DNA of 62,921 nucleotides, counting the filler, from Reticulomyxa filosa (Eukaryota; Protista; Foraminifera): NCBI GenBank assembly GCA_000512085.1. It is 17 parts of 17 records of this genome, joined end to end, with 100 filler letters (N's around TTAATTAATTAA, not from the genome) between each part and the next. Parts side by side here need not be neighbours in the genome. Positions count along the whole stretch, not along the records: positions 1 to 1,602 come from ASPP01017601.1; positions 1,703 to 2,747 come from ASPP01024434.1; positions 2,848 to 6,299 come from ASPP01010391.1; positions 6,400 to 10,112 come from ASPP01025327.1; positions 10,213 to 24,486 come from ASPP01005227.1; 12 more parts are not named here. The stretch is one strand, 5' to 3'. This document shows, piece by piece, positions 1 through 10,648 of the stretch (the first letter of the stretch is position 1; each line of letters opens with the position of its first letter). The position numbers and the translations under genes are program-made. The notes below the pieces were generated by a model. It had not been told where the DNA came from. It ran no database searches and was given only the letters and a program-made list of their open reading frames with translations.

Positions 1-189
1 ACACACACACACACACGTCTTTTGGTTCGATTCACCAACGCACACAATCAAATCAAATGAAACGAACAGAATACACACGAAGTTGAGTTTGTCCCTCTCC
101 TTTCCCCCCCCCCTTTCTATCAAAAAGTCCAAAACGATTCGTCAATTAATACCTTTTTTTTTTTTTTTTTTTTTTGGAAAAAAAAAAAG

Positions 190-395
190 GAAACTTATTT
201 GTTATGTCATTCGGTGGTATTGTCCATAGTAAATGACGCAGTGATGAATAGACTCAATCGAAGCAATGTCCACAGTGGTGACAATGGCAAAAAAGAAAAC
301 AGTGAGAAATCTTTGCCACTTGAGGATTCAAAAGAGGAAAAGAGTTTTGTGTGCATGTGCGTGCATATGTTGGAGGGTGTTGTGACAAAGAGGGA

Positions 396-427
<32 letters not shown>

Positions 428-703
428 CGCAAAAAAAAAAAAAAAGTGAATAAAGATCAAACACATATGTGAATGGCAAACAGAAACAGAAATAGAAACA
501 GAAACAGAAACAGAAACAAAAACAGAAGAAAAGGAAAAAGAAAAGGAAGATGTGGAAGAACAAGAATTTGGAATGCTACCAATTGACAACAGCAAACATA
601 CGACGGAAACAAACAACAACACGGAGTGGAGACCAGGGAAATTCGGATGGTGTGTTGTTTGTGGGGCAGCTGCAAGTCATTATTGCATTCAAGTTTCGAC
701 TAT

Positions 704-735
<32 letters not shown>

Positions 736-1602
736 TGTATATATGTGTATTTATTTATTTATTTGTTTTGTCTGAATAATCATTTGTACACAAAAAAAAA
801 AAAAAAGACAACAGATCCTGTTTGCTCATTAGAGTGCAAAGTGAAGAATTTGGAGTTGGTGTTGGAATGGCTGAAAAAACGATTTGGGAAGAATGCGACG
901 ACACAAAGACTGGAGGCGGCATACAAAGCGACGCTGCTCATCAACGATGGACATTTGCTCTTCCGCTCCTTATGCAGTCAGTCTTTGCAAACCTTGCCCG
1001 CAGATTCACCGCATCATAGCAACGCTTGGTTTGATTGGAAAATACCCCGTTTACTCGTTGACTCACTCTCGCAGTCCAAAGTTGCTGTCCTTTGTATAAA
1101 AATATATATATACATATATATATATATATATGTATATGTATATGTATATATTCAAATATATGTTGATATTATAATTAATAGCCAGGAGTATTGAGAAGCA
1201 AAACATTATCATTGGAATTGCTGCGTTTAGTATTTGGCAACGCAGGACGTGCATTTCGATCTTCGCATCGTTTTTTGGATTCCATTCGCGAAAGTTTCAT
1301 TCCAGTTGTCGCAGAAAATGCTGCCTCCACTGTTGAAGGAATTTTTCAGTTTGCTTAATATTTGCTTTTTTTTTTTTGTTGTTTTGTTTTCATTTTTGCA
1401 ATTGGAGGGTACATATATGTATGTGTCTGTATGTAATGCCTAATAAGACTCGCAGTGTCAATGTTCTCAATGCTTGTGGAACAATATCGCAAATATTTGA
1501 AAAACGAACTCGGAGTATTGTTGGACCACGTGTTTTTGCAGGTTGGCGAAAGCCCGCACTCGTCGTTCAAACAGAAATGATGGTTTTGAGCGTGTGTGGC
1601 AA
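190..1602 (+). CDS. Large Sec7-family Arf-GEF (BIG1/BIG2/Sec7-like), internal fragment covering the DCB-HUS region; multi-exon, partial at both ends
   Basis: Spliced exons (~190-350, ~456-692, 808-~1090, ~1182-1349, ~1448-1602) read NDGHLLFRSLC, LRSKTLSLELLRLVFGNAGRAFRSSHRFLDSIRESF and YRKYLKNELGVLLDHVFLQVGESPHSSFKQK-MMVL. These match BIG1 motifs DAFLVFRSLCKLS, RSKILSLQLL and SSFDHKWMVI. One apparent 1-nt frameshift near 1576. Confidence 0.88.
479..548 (+). repeat. Coding hexamer microsatellite (ACAGAA)n/(AAGGAA)n encoding TE/KE repeats
   Basis: Direct tandem repeats inside an exon of the Arf-GEF. Confidence 0.8.
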
Positions 1603-1702
1603 NNNNNNNNNNNNNNNNNNNNNNNNNNNNNNNNNNNNNNNNNNNNTTAATTAATTAANNNNNNNNNNNNNNNNNNNNNNNNNNNNNNNNNNNNNNNNNN
1701 NN
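1603..1702. other. Artificial contig spacer N44-TTAATTAATTAA-N44 (first of 16)
   Basis: Identical 100-bp spacers with stops in all six frames at 1603-1702, 2748-2847, 6300-6399, 10113-10212, 24487-24586, 25763-25862, 29299-29398, 30458-30557, 34352-34451, 39265-39364, 45513-45612, 48076-48175, 49599-49698, 50928-51027, 56741-56840 and 59597-59696. Confidence 0.99.
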
Positions 1703-1739
1703 GAAAATGATTATGAAGGTTAGCTTAAAAGTTTTTTTT

Positions 1740-2230
1740 TTTTTCCTGGAAATGATAAAGTGGATCTTGTTGCAAATAATGCTCGCAAGAAAGTTCAGCA
1801 ATTGCAACCAGATTTGATTCAATAACATAGATCAGTGGCATTCCTGAATAATCATGGATTGAGTCTCTTCTTTACATAGAAATGGAATAGACATTGGATT
1901 TGCGAAGAGATTGATATTCCAAGACATTTAATGCCAAGATCTTTCTTATCTAATCTGATGGATGCTCAATCATTTGAAAAGATTGTATTACATTCATTTA
2001 CATTTAGTGAACACAAGATCATTTGTCGATTGATTACTGGCAAAATTGGATTGAATGATTGTTTGCATAATATACAAAGATCAAATTCTCCTTATTGTAT
2101 TTGGTGTGAGGAAGAAGATACTGTCGAGAACTTCCTGATTGAATATTTGCGGTACAGTGAATTACGTCGCAGTTAGTGGACAAATGTCCAAGAATTGCTT
2201 CCAGATATCAATGTATTGTCCCTTGTAAGA
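1740..2230 (+). mobile_element. Degenerate non-LTR retrotransposon 3' fragment (end of RNase H plus C-terminal zinc-knuckle region)
   Basis: PGNDKVDLVANNARK resembles the RNase H GNExADxLAK motif. RLITGKIGLNDCLHNIQRSNSPYCIWCEEEDTVENFLIEYLRYSELR resembles RLRTGH..LN..L.....SP.C..C...ET..H....C..Y...R with the H/C ligands lost. In-frame stops present. Confidence 0.75.
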
Positions 2231-2847
2231 TTTTGTTTGTCTTTCTTTGATTTTATGTTTCTTTTTTTGAGTACTATGTTCTATTTCTTAGAACGAGGTG
2301 TTCTTTTAACTAGAAAGACCTGAGTTTGTGCAGGTAGATAGGACAAAAAGCATTGTGAGTTAAGGATGAAGCGAAAGAGTAGGCCAACACTTGATACGCC
2401 CCCACTGCAACCCATCTAAAAAAACATGAATTGATTTTACATCAACTAAAAGCCCAACTGCTGGAGCAGAACTTCCACCACATATATTTGTCTCCTTCAG
2501 GAATGTTTCAGGTCGAATAAGAAGAAAAAAATACTGCAAAAGTTGCTTTTTTGAAGGAATTTATGCACGAAAAGTCAAGATACTTCAAAATCTTTCAGGA
2601 TTTGATGTTCATTTGGGATATCAGTATTCGGTTTTATTGGAGAATTATTGGTACAAATTAATTTGAAGATGGTCTTCGGAAATCCAAAAGAAAAACACAA
2701 ATTTGTTACAGTAGGTTGCAAAGAAAACTGAACGCCTAAAACGATATNNNNNNNNNNNNNNNNNNNNNNNNNNNNNNNNNNNNNNNNNNNNTTAATTAAT
2801 TAANNNNNNNNNNNNNNNNNNNNNNNNNNNNNNNNNNNNNNNNNNNN

Positions 2848-3148
2848 TCAATTCAGAACTTAGTAGTTCTGCAAACGCTTGCCGACCTTTGGTATGATGA
2901 ACATACGGATTGGCACTATCAGACCTATCAGAGTAATACTATCAATGGAGCAGGACATTTCACACAGTTGGTGTGGGCCAAAACCCGTTACATTGGCTGT
3001 GGATACGCAATTTGTGATGGTCCTTTTTTTTTTTTTTTTTGGGGGGAAAAAGTATATTAGCACATCGGGTTGGCATTGTTTCACAGAAGGTAGCACGACA
3101 ATGTATTACTTGGTCTGTGATTATTATCCAGGTACTTTTATATATTAC

Positions 3149-3186
<38 letters not shown>

Positions 3187-3758
3187 GTGTGTAATGTGAA
3201 ACCTTAATGATTCAACGCTCTCTCGCCCTTTTTTTTAAAAAACGTACGCTCCAAAACATTAAATCTTGCGAGACAAGGTGGCAACTATATCGGAGAATAT
3301 GCGTATCTCTCCGGGAGCAATTATGCCCAGTGCGATCCCGACAGAACTTCAGACTCCAATGGATTATGTGCGGGCTGCATGTCGTCTGCTTACACTGTTG
3401 ACTCTTCCGCAACCACTGCAGATGACTGTTCGCAAGGGCCAAACGATAGCTCAGGTCCTTGTGTCTTTTTTTTTTTTTTTTTTGTTTGTTTTGTTTTTGA
3501 TAGTGTTTGTTATTTCGTGGTGTGACAGGCACAACAAGTACGAGTGTGGATACAACAACTTCCACAAGTTCCGGAACAACTTCTACAAGTTCTGAAACCA
3601 CTACGTCAACAACCACCACCACTACTCAGGTGGAGACAGGAGGTGATACTTCAAGCACGGCCGCAGAGATAACAGGCTCTGGAAATGGTGTCCCAAGCAC
3701 TATGGCATGGAGGGCACTAGTTGCTCTTTCGCTTGTTTTGAGAGTAGTGAATATGTAA
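2848..3758 (+). CDS. CAP/SCP/PR-1 superfamily protein with Cys-rich hinge, Ser/Thr-rich stalk and hydrophobic C-terminus; 5' partial
   Basis: Exon 2848-3019 reads LWYDE...GAGHFTQLVWAKTRYIGCG (CAP signature). Next exons read YYLVCDYYP|GGNYIGE. Last exon is Thr/Ser-rich and ends WRALVALSLVLRVVNM, stop at 3758. Three GT-AG introns. Confidence 0.92.
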
Positions 3759-3895
3759 ATATACATCTTTCAATTCGATTCTTTTTTTTTTTTTCTCCGT
3801 CTTTTTTTAAAAAAAAAATAAATTACAATACAAGTGAAATTGAAAGCATTCAAAAAGTCAGAAAGACTCTAGACACAGTAAAATAATTTCGAAAA

Positions 3896-5337
3896 TCATG
3901 TTTTAATGACAATTACTTTCCCATAAAGTGGGCTGTCGTTGGTGAGCACAACAACATCACAAACACCAGAACCTTGCTCGTCCACGCAAGGGGCAAAGGA
4001 AAGAAAAAATTTTGTGTAGTACACGTTTATGTATTGGTGTTTCTTTCGTGCGTGATCATAATGAGAATAGCTTTTTTGAAACGTGTTGAACCCACTCGCT
4101 CCAGCAAACTGTGTAAGTAGTTCGATAATAACTTCGGGTAACTCAACCCCACACGTGTACTTTTCAAAATTGCGCAGCACATTTTTTTTCCTCCTAGCTC
4201 CCAAGAGCACTGGTTGACGATGACATCGACAGTGTGGTAGTTGTCAATGTTTTTTCGTAAAACCAACAAAGCGTTGTTGTCAGAGTGACTCTCTTTCCAT
4301 TGAAGTTCGCCAAACAAATAGTCACCAAACAAACCAATACGACGGTCGCGTTGAGCTTCCAGCACGTTGGACAGCTCAGACGACGCCACTACCGTTTGTG
4401 CAGTCAAGTCGATGATCTGATAACTGGTTTGTCTCAGCGACTTTACCGCTAAAAACTTGCAATCGGGAGAAAAGTAAAAGTAGCTTTTTTCCAGTTCAAT
4501 TGTGCCATAGCTTTCCATTTGAAAAGAGTGCACTTCCACTTTGCTGCTATCTTTGCAATTAACTTTCATTACTATTTTTTTTTTGAATGTATACTTTGCA
4601 CTTTTGCTTAAGAAGAAATTTTAAAAAAAAATTATGTTTAATCGATCCATAAAAAATTTGGAAATATGATTTAAATTTAGAAAAATCACCAGTCAAAGTC
4701 GGGTTCTTGAACTTGGTCAGTTTGTCTTTGAGCACCAAGACGAACACGCACGGAACAGACACAAAGTAACAAGGTATTGCATATGCGACCAACACTTGGC
4801 CGAAATCGACGGAAAAGGTTGCGACTTTTTTCAAATTGGCTTTTTCGGCTGTCCACTTGTATTCAAACACCAAGTGTCCTGGCTCCTCCATTGCACTGTT
4901 TGTACATATCCCTATCACCTCTCTTCGTCCACAAACTTACGTTCCAATATGTCCCAAGAACTATCCAATCGCACTTGATTGCAAATTGATGTTTCCCACG
5001 CACTTACTGTCAACTCCCATCTCGATTTACTTACGCCGGTGCACACTATGTACGTTCCCTTTGGAGACAACATATAGCATGCACCTGCTATGTTCACTGT
5101 GGACGCATTCTTATGCACCAGCTCCAATTGGCTTATGCTTTCGTTCAATTTATATAGTCCTACAAACTTCGCACAATGAATTAGCACGAAACGCCCCGTC
5201 TTGCTTAGGTGAACACGTAACACTTTCATTACTTGGTCCTTGTCCAGCTCATATTCAAAATGTGGAGTATCTAAAGATGAAAAGATTTCACTTTTCGTTT
5301 CTTTGTTGCTTACAGACAAAGGGCCAAAACCGAGCAT
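3896..5337 (-). CDS. Hypothetical protein, possibly beta-propeller-like, with a C-terminal LPxxIIxLLxxF segment
   Basis: Four consecutive minus-strand ORFs (4915-5337, 4559-4918, 4027-4569, 3896-4210) join through one intron (~4570-4680) and two apparent 1-nt frameshifts (~4917, ~4185). Contains YFSPDCKFLAV and MLSPKGTYIV propeller-like segments. Confidence 0.55.
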
Positions 5338-5709
5338 TTTGTAGTTTTGTTAAAAATAAAAAAAGGGGGTGCCTTTTTAATATAAGCTACTTGCCGATGT
5401 TTCTTTATGTTGTCAATGAGCAAAGCATTAAATGCAAGATTGCCAATATATTTGCCTTTTACAAATTTTTGAAGAATAAAGCAGCTCTTCAGAAACAAGA
5501 CTAAAAAAAGAATTAGTCAACAAAGATAAACCTTTACTGAATTGAAAAGTTTTGAATAGTGTACATGCCAGTTTCAAAATAGTGAGAAATATATAAGGGG
5601 GAGGGAAAAAAAAAGAGAAAAAAATAGAACCGTAACAAAGACGGAACAAACGTTTTTTTTGCTCAATTTTTTTTTGTCCCTACAAGAAAGAAAAAAGTGA
5701 TAATCAATA

Positions 5710-6258
5710 ATGTCTTCCCTTCGTGTGGAAGAGTTAGCCAAGGAGTTGGACCATGCAATAAAAAATCATAAAAATGATCAAATCTTTCAAATTTTGGAAG
5801 CTCTTTCTTCAGAGACAATGACAGTCGGGCTGTTGCAAAAAACCCAACTAGGAAAAACTGTAAATAATCTAAAAAAATTGAAGAAAGACAAAACGGATAT
5901 TTTCAACAAAGCAACACAATTAGTGGAGCAATGGAAAGCTCAGGCATCGAAGCATATTTCCAGTAATGGGAACAGCAATAAGACAAAGGCGGTGCACAAT
6001 GACAGTGCATCTATATCCGCCTTATCTATCACTGGAGCATCGACAGTGACAGCAACAGCAATATCAACACCAACACCAACACCAACACCAACATCAACAT
6101 CAACATCAGTCACATCCATAGCCACAGCCGCAACTATAGCAGCAACATCAGCAGGAACAGCAACACCTGCAACCACCACAGCAATAGTAACCTCTGCGAC
6201 GAGCAATGCAAAAAGCAAAGAAATGACAAAGCAAATGTTGCCGGATATTGGAAAACGG
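5710..6258 (+). CDS. Transcription elongation factor TFIIS-like protein (N-terminal LW domain plus Thr/Ala-rich linker); 3' partial
   Basis: ILEALSSETMTVGLLQKTQLGKTVNNLKK...KATQLVEQWK is the TFIIS N-terminal domain. GT donor at 6259, then the contig ends. Confidence 0.85.
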
Positions 6259-6399
6259 GTATGTTTTAATTTTCTCTCTTTCTTTATGTTCCCTCCCCCN
6301 NNNNNNNNNNNNNNNNNNNNNNNNNNNNNNNNNNNNNNNNNNNTTAATTAATTAANNNNNNNNNNNNNNNNNNNNNNNNNNNNNNNNNNNNNNNNNNNN

Positions 6400-7851
6400 A
6401 TATATAATACCTCAGCGGAAGTGCCATCAGTGAATTCCACCCTGTTTTCGCCAGTGAAGGCCTTAAGACCACTGTGCGGTATGATTCGCTTCAAAGCCAA
6501 CTTGAGTAGCAAATCGGAGTTGACGGTCGGATGCGTGACAAAGGGCGGATGATCGGGGTTGGGGATACCGTATTTGCGATAGTCCCCAAAAGTGAACCAA
6601 ATGACCGTCCGAAGCAGCAGACGCTGCACCCAATAAGGTGCAGACCCCCACAGCAATTCCGTCAAAGGAATCCCCGCAAACGAACGAGGCATTATCCAAC
6701 GACCACGTCGAGCACTCAAATGCGACTCTTTTCCAAACCGAGACGCTTCCACCGCAATGTCACATCCAGAGTTGCCTTTTTATTATTATATGTACATATA
6801 TATATATTTATTTATTTATTTATTTATTTTATATACAAATACAACAAACCAATGCCTACGACAAGTACTCTTTGATCTTTCAATTGTGAAGAATGCTTGT
6901 AATCTTTGGAATGAATCATTTTGCCAGTGAACTTTTCGATTCCAGGGAGCTTGATAGCGTCGACACTGTGTTCTTGATTGCCCGGATATTTTTTGTCCCA
7001 ATGATGTCCATTGGCATAGATGACGGCATCGTAGAAGTGTTCCGTTGTTTTTTGCGTTTCCAGATTTTTCACGAACACGCGGTATACCCCTTGCTTGCTG
7101 TCTTTGATCAGGTCCACGCTCGCTACCTCGTGACGCAGATGCAAGCGTGTTTTAACGCTGTTAAAGACCTGCTTGTCCCGCGCAAATCCACGCAAGTACT
7201 GTATCATGTTTTCTTGTGATGGAAAGTCACCAAAGCTTTTTGGCATTGGGTAGTTTTTGAACTCGGTCGCTCTTGAGCTGCTAATTATGTTCACATTCTA
7301 AAATAAATACATATATATGTATATGTATAATACATACGTATAATATTCATTCGATAAATATAATCTACGGATTTTCGAACATCAATCCAAATTTGTGCAA
7401 AAAAAAAAAAAAAAAAAAAAACAAAAACGTAAACGTCATATACTCCGTTGTACCAATTGCCACCGATCGAGTTGTTTCGCTCGAAACAATCAAATTCAAT
7501 GCCGTTTTCTTTCAAGGCCCATGACATTGTCAATCCACATACTCCTCCGCCAATCACTGCCACTTTGGGCTTGCCGCTCAACATCTTGCCACTTTTGTTG
7601 CTCCAGTCCAGTGGCTCTTTGATCCAATCCAGAAATTCCATGTACCGAACTGGGTCTTCAAATGATAAACAATATGCAATTGATAGGGACAACGCCCAGT
7701 ACAAACTTACCGCTGCATAAAAGACGAGTTTATACAACCACACATACTCTTCACTCGCTTTCACGCGTAAATCACTAGCATAACGTTGCAACGCCACAAA
7801 AATTCCCAAGCTGAGACATAAAGAAACCTGTACATGGCGATTGAACCCCAT
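6400..7851 (-). CDS. Flavin-containing monooxygenase (class B FMO) with N-terminal transmembrane extension; 3' partial
   Basis: FAD motif VAVIGGGVCGL, FERNNSIGGNW, DAVIYANGHH, FMO fingerprint FTGKMIHSKDYK, NADP motif RVLVVGIG, HPTVNSDL. Three exons. ATG at 7851 preferred over the GTG at 7890. Confidence 0.93.
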
Positions 7852-10286
7852 TATTTCCCTTTTTCCTTGTGGGTCATTGTACCCAGTCACATTTTAAAAA
7901 CAGTACTATCAACTGTCGAAGCTCCAAAATATGGAACATCTATTTTATTTTATATAACATATTGAAATTAATGCAAATCTGGAAATTGTGCTTGTTATGC
8001 CATTTTAGATACTTTCCAGTGGTTGTACGATTTTCTTGTGATGTTTTGTTATAGAAAAATACTTTCATTCAATATATAAATGCATTCAATGGCAACAAGC
8101 TGTAGTATAAACCATCAGTATAGTCATAATTGACTATAAAGTTGCATTCGCGTTTTTCTGGTAACACTACAATTATTTTTATTTTGCTTCTTTGGCTTTC
8201 CTAGCACATTTGGCACTCACTGTTTAGACGATCGAGTCATTAAAAAAACTGTAGTCACTCTCTTGCCAAGACTTTCTCTCAGGATAATATGATATTGACC
8301 AAAAAAATGCTAACACATACTCAACAAATTACTAAAGTTTGGAAGCATTAGCAGTAAAAAAGAGTTGCATTTACAGACATACAGAGATTCTAATACTATT
8401 GATGAAGACATAGCGATTCACGAAATAACTTAAGATTTTCTTCGAGGTGCGACGATGTAACTGTTTTTAGAAACGAAAAACAAAATGTATAACCAAAAAA
8501 CAATACCGAATGTATATCGACGAAGTCAAAGAATAATCAAGCTGAGATTCATCAGCACACTAACGAAATCTACAGAAACAAACGAATGCGATAATGGAAC
8601 AGCTGCAAATATTAACAAATATGATAAATGATCAAAAAGTGCAATGTTCGATAGAACAAAAACATAGCTGTGTGTAGAATATACTACGACCAATGCCAAT
8701 ACAATTCAACAATTAAACATTCAACTGTCGATAGTGTGATCGAAAGAAGTTGTTTATATGACTATTAACGCATTAGCTTTAGGATCAGCAAACAGATTCT
8801 GACTTGTTTTTAACATCATAACGATCAAAATTACGTTAAAAAAATGTAAAATGGAAATGGACATCTTTAAATGATAAATCATTTAAAGATTGAAAGTCGT
8901 AATTGAAAATACTCAAGTATCGACATCCAAAACAAAATGAACTTTTATTGTACAATGTGTTAAACAAATATTGCTGTTGGAGAGACTATACTTCAAGTAC
9001 AAGAAGGAGTCCTAGTGACAATAGAATTTATTTAAAAAATTTGGTGTCAATATTTTCGTTACGAAATAAACAAAGGCAAATTATCAAGCTAGTCGTTGCA
9101 ATTAAGCGAATTTTTATTTGAAGCTAGATACTTTACAGGCACTACAAACGTTGTTGCTGATTATTTATCAAAACCAAGATTATTTGGCAAAATCTGAACA
9201 ATTATTAGTAGTCAATCGTTCACAAGCTTCAACACAACAACAAAGACATTATGATTTGAAAAAAGATATTGCAAATCAGGTAAAAAAAGCTTTTGAATTG
9301 AACTTGAATCAAAGACTAAAACTATCTTTCGAATTGAATAAATTTATGAAGCACAAGAAAATGATAAAATTTTGAAATATAAAAAATAATTTAAAATAAT
9401 CTTCAGTCACAATGAATAGCAATATTGAAAAGAAAAGAATTATTCATATACGAAAGAATTTACTACTACGTAACGGAAAGTCAGTAGTCCAGGATATAAT
9501 GATACAAAATTTACTATGATGTTCTAGAAATAATACCATCAGATAATGTATAACAGTTTATATACAAAATTTCAAGTCTTGTTGCAAAAATTTGAGAATG
9601 AAACAATTATTTAAATTTATTTACCGTCTGCAGCCAAATGGAATGTTAGAAAGATGATATAAGTATTTTAAAAAAATACTGGTAACATTAGTTATGGAAA
9701 AAGAATTGGACTTGCAAATGGTGACTCGTACTATATCTTCATAACAATTGTTACTTCATATAATACAGTAAGATAAAAAAGAAAGTTGACACCTAAAATG
9801 CCACCTTATAGAGATTATTATGTTGTCTAAGTATGATAAGATTTGTTTTTTAGAAATTAATTCAAGTTTACCAACGTGTTATATATCATTTAGCCTTTTT
9901 AACTTACTGTATTCTCTTTGGCATCGACTTTATTAAGGTTTCAAAAATGTTTGTTTACATTTTTTCCCATTCTGTTTCGAATTAGTTACAAAGTTTTTCA
10001 TTGCTTCCACTAAATTTTGCTATTCTTGTTATGGAACTTCAATCTAATAATTGTCAATCAATATTTTCGCAATAAAATAATCAAAATGACAAAAATCAAT
10101 ATCGAACACCTANNNNNNNNNNNNNNNNNNNNNNNNNNNNNNNNNNNNNNNNNNNNTTAATTAATTAANNNNNNNNNNNNNNNNNNNNNNNNNNNNNNNN
10201 NNNNNNNNNNNNCCCCCCCCCCCCCCCCCCCCCCTTTTTTTTTTTTTTTTTGCCAGTTGTTTATTTCTTTTGTTGTTGTTATTTAG

Positions 10287-10648
10287 ACCCAAATCGTAAT
10301 GGTAACAACAACAACCAAGGCAACAATAGTACGCAATGTGCATCCCACTTACAACAGTTGTTTTCAAATGAAAACATCGGAAATTTTTCCAACGAAGAGT
10401 TGGATGAATGCTTGTGCTTCGTAGCAATGATGCAAAATGCAATCATTCAAGAAAAATTACTTCGAAATTGTGTTGTCTGTTCCAATGACTGTCGATTCCG
10501 TAAAAAGGTTATTTTTATGCCTTGTTGCCATCAAACTGTTTGTATCGATTGTTATAACAATAGAGTCGCAGTTGGTCAAATGACTCACTGTCCGACTTGC
10601 CATTCTTCCATTCAACATACCATCGTGCCTTTATCCGATCATCCATAA
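10287..10648 (+). CDS. RING-HC (C3HC4, IAP/MDM2-type) zinc-finger protein, last exon
   Basis: CVVC...IFMPCCHQTVCIDC...CPTCHSSI at the C-terminus. AG acceptor ends at 10286. Confidence 0.85.

Noticed and set aside
199-779. Minus-strand and overlapping ORFs rich in F/C/V/Y/I (also 29445-29954 and many others)
   Set aside because: Translations of intronic (TA)n, (CA)n and poly-T tracts, or antisense shadows of real exons.
5338-5709. Bidirectional promoter between the divergent hypothetical gene and TFIIS (similarly 19394-20200 and 61904-62588)
   Set aside because: Plausible from orientation, but no identifiable sequence element supports a call.
8100-10112. Possible decayed ORF or retroelement (9118-9375 ORF; NGKSVVQD near 9475)
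   Set aside because: No continuous frame or diagnostic motif, too weak to call.
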